Assembly: GCA_003693705.1 (NCBI GenBank)
Contig: RBZT01000337.1
Location: 46,125-110,124, forward strand
DNA length: 64,000 nt
Direction of reading: 5' to 3'
Source: Polymyxa betae A26-41
Lineage: Eukaryota; Protista; Endomyxa: Phytomyxea
The position numbers were made by a program, and so were the translations under genes. Below, piece by piece: positions 38,159-49,875 of the stretch. Under the pieces are notes generated by a model. The model made no database searches. It worked only from the letters and a program-made list of their open reading frames with translations, and had not been told where the DNA came from. Position 1 is the stretch's first letter. Each line of letters begins with the position of its first letter.

Positions 38159-38974
38159 TTAAGAAGACTTCTGTTTGATGCTGGGCTGTTTGATTGTGGA
38201 TGCTGCATAAGCAACTGCAATTAATGCAGCGGCCAATTGAATTGTGAAAGTGGCAATGCAGAGATTGGTAAAGATGTTGACAGATGAACTGACAAAATGT
38301 AATCCCACAACGATTGCTAGATAATGTTTTGGACGATGATAGGTTTGAAAGGAAATTATCATTAGAGCAATCTGGAAAATTTCTTTCACGAGTGTACTCC
38401 AAGTCAGAAACACAAATGAAGAAATGAAAGGACATGATGGGGAATAAACAGTCCCTGGGCCCTGAAACGATCCAACAATGCTCCAAAATTGAGTTAGTGT
38501 TTGAATGACAGCGAATGACGTGCCGCCTAATCGAAGACATTCAGTTAATCTTAATAGAAAGCAATGTGTATAGGTACAGGTTATAGAGGCAACGAAGTCG
38601 TTGATTGGAAATAATGCAGCATTATATCCTGCTCTGGAAATTACTGGCTGAATCTGCTTATACATCCGGATAAGGAAGTATCGAGCAACCTCAATAGCAG
38701 CCACTGATAAAACTATGGAAACAGCAGAAAGTGGGACAATTTGAAACGGTATGGATACAATGGCCATGGCCAGCAGATACACAAAAGCGGCGCATGTTGC
38801 CAAAACTACAGCATCAGATGGATGATTAGTTTCCCAACGATAAAAAGTGAAGCACAAACCTAACAGTATCGGTCGAGGGAGGATCAGAACGAAGAAGAGC
38901 GATAATGGAAGTGAAGTTGTGATCAAGAGGGAGCCATAATAGAGCAACGATTGATTTGATGAAGTCATTTTCAT
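38159..38974 (-). CDS. APH1: Gamma-secretase subunit APH-1
   Basis: Multi-TM protein with YGSLLI...P, AAFVYLLA, EVARYF, GPGTVYSPSCP and GLHFVSS, matching the Aph-1 pattern. The ORF probably reads through short in-frame introns. Confidence 0.78.
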   Translation of the reverse strand: MKMTSSNQSLLYYGSLLITTSLPLSLFFVLILPRPILLGLCFTFYRWETNHPSDAVVLATCAAFVYLLAMAIVSIPFQIVPLSAVSIVLSVAAIEVARYFLIRMYKQIQPVISRAGYNAALFPINDFVASITCTYTHCFLLRLTECLRLGGTSFAVIQTLTQFWSIVGSFQGPGTVYSPSCPFISSFVFLTWSTLVKEIFQIALMIISFQTYHRPKHYLAIVVGLHFVSSSVNIFTNLCIATFTIQLAAALIAVAYAASTIKQPSIKQKSS

Positions 38975-39203
38975 AAGTGCGCTGTAATGTTACATTTCTG
39001 ATGCAGTTCTTTTCATACAAATAACGTGATAGGGGTGCAGGTTTAGAGAGATGAAATTGACATTTGTTTATGCACGGTTTTGAGCAGTATATGGGAACCC
39101 CAGAACCCAGAATCATCAACTGCCAGCCTTCATTCGACATCCTGCGTCCGATTCGCGTTTCTTCTAGAGATTCATCAGGGCACCGCCATCCTAAATGTCA
39201 CCA

Positions 39204-41012
39204 TTAGACAAAATCAGATGCATTGTCGAAGTTACCAACCTGAATAGTCTTTTGCGATAGCTCCAAGGAAATCATGGCGTCAACCCGTCCCGATCTTGCC
39301 TTCTCGAACATGCTCTCAGCCTTCTCATGATCAGCTTTACAGCCGAACCCATGCTCGTACATGACACCGAGATTATGGATAGCAACTGCATTCATATGGG
39401 CGGCCGCCTTTTTCGACCATTTCATTGCTTTCTTATAGTTTACTTGTGTACCTTTCCCATTCATATACATAGCACCAACATTACTCTGAGCTAGTACATG
39501 ACCTTGTTTACCAGCTTGCTTAAACCAATGGAAAGCTTGTTTTGAATCAGGTTTGTCCATTCCTGTTCCAGACATAAACATTAGCCCGAGATGGAATTGT
39601 CCACTAATATATCCTTTTTCAGCACTCTGCCGATACCAATGTGATGCCTCTGCCAGTTCTGGAGCAGTTCTTCCTCGATGTCCTGTTGATAACAGAACCC
39701 CCAAATTGTTCATCGCAATAGCATGACCATTTTGAGCTGCTTCTCGATACCATTTGGTCGCTTCGCTCGTGTTTGCGTCAACTCCACCAGCACCAATATC
39801 ATACAAATATCCCAAACTGAACATGGCTTCAACAGATGCTTTTTTGACCCGTTTCAGCAGAAATTCGAATTGCTGTTTATCGATCTGCGTTCCTTGGCAA
39901 TGTCTCATGGCCTCGTCGATGTTGAATTCTTCAACCACTATGCTTTGTCGTCTTCTGGTTGCTGTCAGTCGACGGAATCGATCGATTATGCTTCCCCTCT
40001 TTCTGGGCAGATCGTCGAGCGTGACATCGTCGTCGTCACTTTTTGCTTCAACCAGCGACATTCTTTGCTGACGTTCTGCCTTGGTATCCAGATTAGTTTT
40101 CGGCAATGGGGCATTTTCGCTAATTGCTACAACTGGCGACCCATTCATTTCGTTCTGTAATTGAGACAACATCGACTTTCTGGGGATAGCAGCTGATACA
40201 GACGCCACTGATCCAACACCGATACGTTCAATTGGGTCAAGTTCAGGACGATCCATTGCATTGATTGAGTCCAGATCAGGTCGCTTGCATTGTTCAGCGT
40301 TTTCGACCATGGTTGGACGTCGCATCATGTTCAGAGACAGTGATGTTGGGCTTTTAGCTGGGTCTTCCCTCGATTTCTTTCTGGTCTTGATCTCACCAAT
40401 CAGCCTGTTGATCTGCTCGACAATATCCTGGTCGATCGTATTGCCTCCGATCAACAGTCGTCGCATGCTCAAATTCGATTGCAATGCTCTGATCATAGCA
40501 CGTCCACCATCAGATCCAATCTGGTTATTTCGTAGATCTAATGTTCTTAGTTGAATATCAGGGTTAACAAGCATATCAGCTAAAGCCATGGAGCCTCGAT
40601 CACCAGCTTCAACATTGGCAAGTAGTAAAGATTTCAGCTGCTTATAGCCAGTTAGCGCTTCCGCTAATGATTGTACAGCTGCTGGCCCCAATCTAGTATG
40701 GCTCAAATCAAGAGTATCGATTTGAATGTTTGCTTTAAGTAATTGATTCAGCGCCTTGATACCTTTGCCAGTAATCTGTTTGTTGGCAAGACGAAGTTCA
40801 TTAATTTCCAGAATGTCATTGTCTCCAACCGAACATATGATATAATTCACCAACGTTATCAGCGTAGTATCGTTGAATTGCTCAGCCGAGGTAATTCTTG
40901 ATATATTTTCAGTGACGCTTTCGCTGTCATTGATAGACATTGCAGGTGATTGGCTAGCATAGGATGAAGACTGAGCTACAGACTTCCGATGTCCAACGTG
41001 TGAAACACTCAT
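39204..41012 (-). CDS. RI-type LRR + Sel1-like repeat protein (intronless, 602 aa)
   Basis: LDLSHTRLG, LDLRNNQIGSDGG LRRs; C-terminal Sel1 repeats (AMFSLGYLY..G, AMNNLG, AQSNVGAMYMNG, AIHNLGVMYEHG). Confidence 0.85.
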   Translation of the reverse strand: MSVSHVGHRKSVAQSSSYASQSPAMSINDSESVTENISRITSAEQFNDTTLITLVNYIICSVGDNDILEINELRLANKQITGKGIKALNQLLKANIQIDTLDLSHTRLGPAAVQSLAEALTGYKQLKSLLLANVEAGDRGSMALADMLVNPDIQLRTLDLRNNQIGSDGGRAMIRALQSNLSMRRLLIGGNTIDQDIVEQINRLIGEIKTRKKSREDPAKSPTSLSLNMMRRPTMVENAEQCKRPDLDSINAMDRPELDPIERIGVGSVASVSAAIPRKSMLSQLQNEMNGSPVVAISENAPLPKTNLDTKAERQQRMSLVEAKSDDDDVTLDDLPRKRGSIIDRFRRLTATRRRQSIVVEEFNIDEAMRHCQGTQIDKQQFEFLLKRVKKASVEAMFSLGYLYDIGAGGVDANTSEATKWYREAAQNGHAIAMNNLGVLLSTGHRGRTAPELAEASHWYRQSAEKGYISGQFHLGLMFMSGTGMDKPDSKQAFHWFKQAGKQGHVLAQSNVGAMYMNGKGTQVNYKKAMKWSKKAAAHMNAVAIHNLGVMYEHGFGCKADHEKAESMFEKARSGRVDAMISLELSQKTIQVGNFDNASDFV

Positions 41013-41164
41013 GGTTGTCGTTTGTGTTTAGCAACGCGTGCCTGATGTCATATCAACAGATATTATTAACGACGAATTAATTCGCTTTGCTCTTCAGATA
41101 TTAGTACCGAAAAACCGGATATTTTCGAACTTCTCAGACATGGTTTATTCGCGAAGGATAAGTT

Positions 41165-42264
41165 TCAATCAAGTGCAGCTGCACCAGAAATGATTTCAAT
41201 TAATTCGGTCGTGATGCGAGCCTGTCGGGAGCGATTGTACTCGATTTTCAGTGATTCAATCAGTTCACCAGCGTTCTTGGTTGAATTCTCCATTGCTGAC
41301 ATCTTCTGCGATTGCTCAGTAGTATTGTTCTCAAGCATGGCATGATAGAATGTCAGTGCAATGCTGAACTCGGCCAAATTCGTATATGTGACCGTCTCAT
41401 CGCCTTCACATTCATACGCCGCCAATGGACCGGTATTTGCCAAGCGTTTCTGCACCGATGGAACATCTTGTAGATTCGTGTCATATGCAATGGCAGATTT
41501 GAATCGGTTCGAAATCAATAAAGCTGAGTCGAATTTCTGCTGCAGGAATATGGATGCAACAGCCATAGCTTGTTCAAATGTCGGAACGACCTGCTTAGAA
41601 ATATCAACAAGAGCACTTGAGAATAGGTACCCATGCGAACGAGACAAGGCACTACGGCCACGTTCGCCCAAACACAGAATCGGAGGAGACCGCTCTTCGT
41701 TATCATGAACAAGACGGCGTGTGAGCCTCACCACACTGCTGTTAATACCTACATTTCATAATTGAATGAAAGTTTGATTAGATTTGAGTATGAGTCTACC
41801 TCCACAAAGACCCCGATCTGATGTCATCGGAACAAGCATTGTGACAGCATCAGGACTCATTTCTCGAGTGATGACATAATTCTTATCGCTGGCTCGTTTA
41901 GCAGCTTCCTCGGCTTCAGCTTTCTTATCCTCTTCTGATTTCCAGATATTGATGGCCGGAGCGCTAAACTTTCTACCGATCAGCAGCATATTCTGCACAC
42001 CTCTGAGCTTGGCAGCAGCAACCATTTTCGAAGCTTTGGTGATTTTTCTGATACTTTGAACAGAAGTGATTCGTTTTTTCACTGTTGATATACCAGGTCA
42101 AAAAATATTAATTATTATAAGGATCGATTTGCTTACACTCTTTCTCTGTGGCCATGAATCGGGCCTGGACCCGGGGGGCCCTAACCTACACCGAAACGAA
42201 ATTTAGAAGACAAAATAGGGCGGGGAAGTTCACAAACGAGATGAGGTCGAATTAGGATTAGCAT
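41165..42264 (-). CDS. ATP3: Mitochondrial F1 ATP synthase gamma subunit
   Basis: RITSVQSIRKITKASKMVAAAKL, TSDRGLCGG, KMSAMENSTKNA, YNRSRQARITTELIEIISGAAAL; presequence ending ...QARFMATEK. Confidence 0.95.
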
Positions 42265-42561
42265 GAATGGTGATGTCAGTTAAAAATCAGAAAGAACAAC
42301 AAATGATAGGATGCAGGTGCGGGTTCTCGTATGGGTGTTATATCAGTATGTTCTCGTCACTGCATTGGTCGCACATAACTCAAAGAAAATGCGTACGCAG
42401 ATAAAACTGCGAGCTCAACTTTCCTGGAATTCTGTTTAAAAGGTCTAATCGAGTCCGTGACGGATTTAGCAGTTTCCCTGGAGAATCATCTGATCTCCGG
42501 TAATCGAGGCTGATAATCACTCGATCCGTTTTCATCATTACGGATTATCCCATGATTTAAA

Positions 42562-44082
42562 ATGCAAACATTACGTTTGTTCATTGGAGGTCTACCTGCT
42601 GATATCGATCAGCAATGGATACAAACACGATTTCAAGCGATCTCAATTGATATTCCAGCACCGAAATATCAATCTGATCCCCGAAAATTTGCTTATGTTC
42701 AGGTTCCATCAAATCAAGTCCCTCTTCTGATTAAAAAGTTTCACAATTCGAGATTCAGAGGAAATCAGTTACGTGTTGAAATTGCTAAGCCTAGTTATTT
42801 GGATCGAATCTCCAACTCCAATTTGGAACCTGTCGAGCATGAACTTGAAAAAACAGAACCTGAAATAAATGTTCACGATAGGGCATTGCTGAAAATTCGG
42901 TCTGGACGTAAGCGGGCTCGGGAACAGCTGATTCATGATACTAATTCCAGACATATCAAGTTTACTGATAATCCTGATCTTTGTAAAAAGACCACTACTG
43001 AGAAGTCATGCAAATCTCCAACTCAGAAGCGAGGATACGAACCAACCAATGATGTTTCTGTTGGAGAAAGTCTGCCAGCCTCTATTATGCCAAATATCAA
43101 AGAATTCTGCTGGGGTTCTGTTGGAGAAATATCAACCAACAATGCCTCAGCTAAATCGTCAAATCTGGCTCAAATTTCGTTCTTGCTGTCGGAAAAGCAG
43201 TCGTCGGAATGTCTCATTGAGAATATACCCAATATCCTCCAAAAAGAAGATACTCCTAGACAATCATCGGGATCTAAGGATTCTGATTCAGACAGCAGCA
43301 ATGATTCAGAAGAAGATCAGCCGATAGAAAGCACAGGTAATGGCAATGCTGATGACGATGCGTCGTCGAATGAGGTCGAGGACAGCATTGATGATTTGAT
43401 CAAAACGGATGATGAAGGATGCAGCAGTTCAAGAAGATCTGATATCGTCGAATCTGACCAGAATAATTGCAATGATAATATGGTGCTGGAAGAGATTCGG
43501 GAATCGAACCAGTCCATGATGTCTGTTTTCAAATCAATGTTCGGTATCAAAGATGATTTAAAACCTAAACAGGACGTCATGGTCTGGAACCATGAACGAC
43601 GCTATGATCCCAACAATCAAGAATCTGTGAAGAAATTATCGAATGAAGTTATCATCGATGACGATGCTAAGGTTGATAAGATTGAGTTAGCTGATAACAA
43701 GGTCGAACTGGCATCTCAATGGACTTCTTTATGGTCGCGGAATGACTCCTCGAAGATATTGGCTCAGGGGGCTTCCTTCAGCTTATCACAACTGGACAAA
43801 GATTCAGACAGGTCTTCTGTTGAGCACCAGTTACAAAATGCTGTAGGCGAACTCGTTGATAAAGACGCCATCATAGTTTTAGAGCGTTTACGACCATCAT
43901 TTCTGGAACGATTCGCGCTGCGCTACAAAGAATCAGGAGAATGCTTCCTGTTTCGGCGTACATCCTCGACTGCTGAACTGATTGCTGCATGCAAAGATGC
44001 CAAGCACAAGCGAGTCCATGCCTATAAACGTCAGATCAAGGACCATCGTCAAGTGGAACAGACTCGTCGTACAAGGTCCTAA
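42562..44082 (+). CDS. RRM-containing nucleolar protein, NOL8-like (intronless)
   Basis: N-terminal RRM (RLFIGGL, FAYV, GNQLRVEIAKPSYLDR), acidic middle region, RYDP motif, basic C-terminus. Confidence 0.65.
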   Translation: MQTLRLFIGGLPADIDQQWIQTRFQAISIDIPAPKYQSDPRKFAYVQVPSNQVPLLIKKFHNSRFRGNQLRVEIAKPSYLDRISNSNLEPVEHELEKTEPEINVHDRALLKIRSGRKRAREQLIHDTNSRHIKFTDNPDLCKKTTTEKSCKSPTQKRGYEPTNDVSVGESLPASIMPNIKEFCWGSVGEISTNNASAKSSNLAQISFLLSEKQSSECLIENIPNILQKEDTPRQSSGSKDSDSDSSNDSEEDQPIESTGNGNADDDASSNEVEDSIDDLIKTDDEGCSSSRRSDIVESDQNNCNDNMVLEEIRESNQSMMSVFKSMFGIKDDLKPKQDVMVWNHERRYDPNNQESVKKLSNEVIIDDDAKVDKIELADNKVELASQWTSLWSRNDSSKILAQGASFSLSQLDKDSDRSSVEHQLQNAVGELVDKDAIIVLERLRPSFLERFALRYKESGECFLFRRTSSTAELIAACKDAKHKRVHAYKRQIKDHRQVEQTRRTRS

Positions 44083-44210
44083 AATCCGATCATCTTTGGT
44101 TGTAATAAATCGTTAAGTTATATTGTTAAAGATATTGGGTTGCTCTGAGACTGCAGTTAACAGGATAACGTCATGATCTAAGGTCGTACGCGACCAACGA
44201 CCTTAGATCC

Positions 44211-46405
44211 ATGTCGGGCTTGCTAAGCCGTCGCCAACCATCTCCTAACCAGCTCAGATATCGCCCATCATCGCCATCCAATTTTCGAGTCGTTATCCGT
44301 GTCCGACCATCGATCGAGAGTGTCCCTGGAAGAAATATTGTTCAGGTATCAGATCACCGAAATGTGACGATCTATGAATACCAGGATTGGTCGATTGGTG
44401 AACCTGTGTATAAACATCGGTTTACATTCGATGAGGTATTCGATCAAGACGCAACACAAGAACGAGTCTATCATGGGACTGCAGATCATGCAGTAAAATC
44501 CATTCTAGAAGGGTACAATGCATGTGTTATAGCTTATGGACAGACAGGTAAGATTACATGAGATGGCACAATATTAAGTGGGATAATGCATTGGATTAGG
44601 TACTGGGAAGACCTATTCCATGGAAGGGGAATTCCAGCATGATTTCCATCACGATAGAGGCATTATACCAAGAGCTGTTGCCGATATATTTAATATGACA
44701 AACGCTCAGCAAGGTTCTGATCTTGTTATTCGAGCAAGCTACTTGCAAATTTATAACGAGTCCGTATCCGATCTTCTGTCACCTGAGTCGATTTCGCTGC
44801 CAGTTCGCGAAGACAAGTCTCGTGGCGTGTTCGTCGAAGGACTATCGAGTTGGAAAGTGGAATCGCCCGAGCAGATCTATGAACTGATTCGTCGCGGTTC
44901 TCAATCACGAGCGACAGCCGCAACTCGAACGAATGCGATATCGTCTCGATCGCATGCCGTCTTTACAATAACAGTAGAGCGTCCTGGGTTTGATCAGGGT
45001 CAAGTCATAGGTGCAACGATGGACGCTGACTAAATGGATTTTCATTGTGACAATTAGTTGGCAAGTTGAATCTGGTGGATTTGGCAGGATCAGAGCGCAT
45101 TGGCGTTTCAGGTTCAACTGGGCAACGATTGCAAGAATCAAAGAAAATCAATCAGTCCTTATCTTCACTAGGAAATGTGATCTCTGCATTAACAAGTTCT
45201 CGACATCGACATCACATACCTTATCGCGTTAGTAATTTCAGTCTGAATCAGTAAAGGCTCTTATCATTTTCTGAAATGTAGAATTCGAAATTGACACGCT
45301 TATTGGAGGATTCATTAGGAGGAAACTGTCGAACTACGATGATTGCCTGTGTCTCATCATCTTCTGATTTCTTCAATGAGTCCTTATCGACACTTCAGTT
45401 TGCGAATCGGGCCAAGAACATCAAGAACAGCGCCCATATTAACGAAGACGTATCATCAATGACCCCCGAAGCAATGATACAAAGGTATGAAAGAGAATTG
45501 CAAAGGCTGAGAGAAGCGGTGTCTATTGGACAAGCAGAGCGAGCTCTTCTGGCGGAAGTGCAAGAAAGGAGATTTGCAGCGGAACGGGGCCATAAACAAG
45601 CCGTAAATTCGCTGGAACAGATGGGCAAAGCATTCAATCAACAGAAACAAGATAAGAGGCTATTAGAACAAAAGTTAGCAGAGCTATTGGGAGGATCTGG
45701 AGATGAGAACACGATTATGCAAGAAAAGATTGTGGCGACCATGAGTGACCAAAAAATGAAACGATATCAAGAACTGTTAGCCAAACAGAGAAACATGATG
45801 ATACAGCTTTCAAACCGAGTTCATGAAAAGGACGCCGAAGTAATCACTTATTGCAATCATCACTAACATTTGTTGACTGCAGTTCAGATATCTGACCTAA
45901 GATCTCAGCTTGAACGACAAAACAGTGGTCTAACTGATACAGACCGCGTAAATGACAGCGAGCCCGATAAGATGTTCGAGAGTGCTCAAAGTACATCTCC
46001 AACCGACGAACAGAATCAGTCGTTGAAGAAAAAAATTAGTGAGCTGGAGTTGAAAATAAAGCAAATGGAGATGGTGAAAGAACTATCACAACCTAACACA
46101 CCATCCGATTCAGAAAAAAGACTTCTGAAATCACGCCTAAACCACCACGTTAAGGTAATAACAAGTAAGACAACTCACGCTCTGCTGCTGATTCATAAAT
46201 ACAGGAAAGAAATGCCTTGCGAGTGATTCTGGAGAATAAGGTCGCCTATCTGATCGAACGTATAGAATCCGGAATCGACGAGGACAAAGCTGAGATTGGG
46301 CCTCGGACACGTCGCGAGATTCAGATCCTGAGACGCCTTGTTCGTGCATCGATTCAAGCCATTGAGCACTCGGATGAAATGAACGGCCTAAGAGAATTAG
46401 TTTAA
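44211..46405 (+). CDS. N-terminal kinesin motor protein with coiled-coil tail
   Basis: [62 protein letters not shown]; all catalytic motifs intact. Confidence 0.93.
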
Positions 46406-46873
46406 CCAATTATATCATGAGTAATAAAGTCTGTATCATAACACCACTGTCAAATATTACACTGTTCAATTGTCACATTGTCTGAACTGATGCAGACCCT
46501 AACTCTCTGTTTAATTGAAAGAAATCAATCGATCTGTTATAGCTATTGGCAATGACAACGATAGTTGAGTTCATCAAGTGGTCCCGATCGTAAAGCTATG
46601 GCAGAGCCAGAGAGCAGATTGCATCCGTCTCAAAGCATGATTGACATTATCTGCAGCGGCTTGCTGGCCTACAGTAAAATTGTACTTAGTTTGACAAACG
46701 ATTCGGCTTATTTTGGGGTTTGCTGAGTCTATGGTCCAGATTACTCGTCGCTCTTTATGACCGAGAAGTGGCGTGCACTTTCGTCACGCCATGGCAAGCA
46801 GCACTCCAGCGGCCGAGGCTGTGTCCCTGACTGGAATCCTGACTGATACAGGTAGCAGGATGTTGAAAAAGCA

Positions 46874-49340
46874 ATGGCTGGCCAACTCCAAATCGTAGGG
46901 ACTGAGTTGAAGTTTGAGCTGAAACCGGGGCAGTCGATAGGCGCTGTTGTGGCCTTGCATACAGCAATTGCTGTACATGACCAGATTATATTGTCTGTTG
47001 ACGGCCACCCCATCTCTGAATCGCAATCGGTGCCACCTGCCAGCTTGCCTCTTTTTATTTATTCCCGACGTATCTGGGATGCATCGAAAGCTTCAGTTGG
47101 TCAAAGAAAAGTGTCTGTGAGATTTGACTTCGAGCCTTTATATCAACATGGTACAAGCTAGTGGTAGCCATCTTTTCGGAATCTCATGATATCTTTAGGC
47201 GTGCTACAGCATGAAGGCAAACAATATGTGATCAACGTTGACTATGATAATGATTGCTTTCGTGATTACATCCGCTATATTACTCAAGCGCTGCAAATCG
47301 TCTATGATAACTGTCAGCGGCAACTTCAAGGTCTTCGCATTGCAATAGTCAACTTAGATAAACATGTTCGTGCCTACGATGCTGCTATTGAAAAATTTGC
47401 AGATGCATTTTCTCAGTTTTCGCAGCAGGTATATTATCAGTCTATACGAATGTCTTCAGCCCTGATATTGTTTATAGACCGAGAATTTCGGATCAAATTT
47501 CGAGGAGTTTATTCGTCGTTTGTCTTTGGTTGAAATTCATCAAGCTTTGTCACATCGTCAAGAGACGCTGCTTGATAAATTATCGGAAGGAAAACTTCGT
47601 ACCATTTTTAGTCGGCTACAACGTGATTACCAATTAGTCTCCGAATTTGTCACTAAAGTTTATCAACAGCGAAAAACTATAATTGATGCCCGCAGAGGGG
47701 TAAGCTGGCTTTATCCTGGAGTACTATCCTCAAATTGATCTTGCTGTTCAGGAAGCTGAATTATTGGAAGAACCGGCAACTGCTTCTGCGCTATTCTGCT
47801 TTCCATTTACACCAATGCACCATCTAAAGAAGCTGGGTTCTACTTTTCGGAAAATTGATTCTGAGATTAATGGTTGTTCTTGCATTGCAATAACAATATC
47901 AAACTGAGCGTATTGCAGACGTTAGGGCGCCTGTTAATGTGAACACCATTAGCACTGCTATTGGGGACAAACAAAGTAGTTTACTCAAGTAAGCCATTCT
48001 GAATGCTCTTAGGATTTGCAGTATTAAGGGATCTAGTGTCGAACAATTCCAGCTGGATATGATGGATTTCATTCGCAACCGGCTTAGTTCTGTCTCTGAT
48101 ATTCAAACTCAAATTCGTCATGAGACAAAGTATCAAGGACTGCCGTTTAAGCCTTAGGCATTCATTTTATCCCTAGGCGATTGCTAGCATATAACGAGGT
48201 TCTTTCTCAAAAGCAGATGAATTTGAACAATCTTAAAGCGATTGAGTCTATTCCTGAAGCTTATTTCGCTTCTTTAAGTAGGAATACCTGGGATGACCGT
48301 TTACACGTTTTCTCAAAATCGCCCCAGTCGAAATCGTTCGCCGCCGCTCTTATGCAGATAAGGTTTATGCGATTTGTGACCAAATCGAGCTCCTAAGAAC
48401 AGACGAAATCAAGAAACGATCAACTTATATGGAAGAGTTCGGACGGTTATTACCAAAAGAGATCATTACTGGTCTAGATCGCCGACCTCCTCGATATCTC
48501 GTCTCACAGGAAAGGCAAGGGCGATTTTCCGTTGTACTTACTTCCTATTTGTTAACTTTGCTGAAAACGTGTAGCATTGCCGAGAACCTCCCTTCTATTG
48601 AGTCCCTGGAAAATGTAGAACTTCCTCCAACTTTTCAACTGACAGATAAACTAATCGAAATGGTTCGGAAATTTGATCTTGATGAGGTAAGTGATTGTTC
48701 TTCCTGCTGAATTTTTAACTCTTAATCGACCAGCTGATGGTGTCTAAATTGCCATCTGCGATAAGAAGACAACTAGTCGATGTTGCATCGGTAAGCTTAC
48801 TCCAACAAAAGTTCATCGGCCTGAATGTGTTGAAAGATGCAGCATTCCGATTCTGGGGTTGACTGCTTGAAGGGTTATTGCTCCAATTCAGTTCGACTGT
48901 TTGCTTACAGAATTGTATAGAGTTCACAGACGAAGGGAATGCGCCTTTTACAATCCCAAAGCAATGCAATGCGGTAGGTTTAGTGTTTAATTTTCACAGC
49001 GAACTGCTTTAAATTCATCTTTAGGCTTTCAGTGATAATCTAAGTAAGCTGTGGAAAATTGGAACTGATTAAATTGGATTCTAAATGCTTTAGTGGATGA
49101 AGTTCGGACGTTACGTGCTGCTCTATTGCATAAAGACAGGCGCATTTCCGAGCTGGAAACTGAAAGGGACAATCTGACTGTAGATGTGGTTTCATTCTTG
49201 TTTTGCAAAAGTGAGATATCTTCTAGATGTCGACGGCATTATTGTATCAGGAGAATAGAGCCCTCAATGAGATGGTTTTAAGGCCGCCCTTGGAGGGTGG
49301 TTCAAGTAAAAAAAGAGGTACTCCCTCTGTTCGGAAATAA
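46874..49340 (+). CDS. ATG11: Autophagy scaffold ATG11/RB1CC1-like (ubiquitin-like N-terminus + APG17-like coiled coil); no clear Claw domain
   Basis: IAVHDQIILSVDG...LFIYSR, QLQGLRIAIVNL, IPEAYFASL..EIVRRR, EIKKRSTYMEEFGRLLPKEIITGL. Many short introns; 3' end uncertain. Confidence 0.68.
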
Positions 49341-49345
49341 AAATC
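49321..49345 (+). mobile_element. Solo Stowaway/mariner-like terminus
   Basis: TA + CTCCCTCTGTTCGGAAATAA matches the TIR of the mariner at 62840 (TA + CTCCCTCCGTTCAAAAATAA) at 17 of 20 positions. No partner TIR found. Confidence 0.5.
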
Positions 49346-49377
49346 CCATTTAAATCACTGCTGGGATTAACGTTAGT

Positions 49378-49510
49378 TTTTATCTTTTGGTGGATATTAA
49401 AAGCGGATTGGCCAAGTTGAGTTTCCAATACAACATCTGACTTTTATCTTTTGGTGGATACTGTATTAAAAGCGGATTGACCAAGTTGAGTTTCCAATAA
49501 AACATCTGAC
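49378..49510. repeat. Two-copy tandem direct repeat (64 and 69 bp)
   Basis: TTTTATCTTTTGGTGGATA(CTGTA)TTAAAAGCGGATTG(G/A)CCAAGTTGAGTTTCCAATA(C/A)AACATCTGAC at 49378-49441 and 49442-49510. Confidence 0.92.
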
Positions 49511-49875
49511 TCAATACATCCTTAACGCCGTTGCCATCGAATGACCGCATCACTTTTCACGTTATGCAATATATTCAGTATATAGGAGATATGATCTGCT
49601 GAGACTCATTTTGGCTATGCCGTTGGCTCTTTCCCGTTTGATAGATTTGCTTCAATGAGAACGAGCTAGACGAATCCACCTAATTATTTGCCTTCCTTTT
49701 TTGAATTCGTGAGACAACTATCGACAAGTGCCTTCTTAATCAATTGTGACCATCAAGAGTCCAAATGTTTCATACTTTTAGGTTTTTTCACCTTCCCGAC
49801 ATTTGTCGGAATACGCGATAACGAGAGACTCGGCTATCCGTAACAATACTATATCATTCCTGTATTCACCGAGCC

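Noticed and set aside
49378-49510. CRISPR-like or snoRNA interpretation of the tandem repeat
   Set aside because: Only two adjacent copies with no spacer, eukaryotic context, and no convincing box C.
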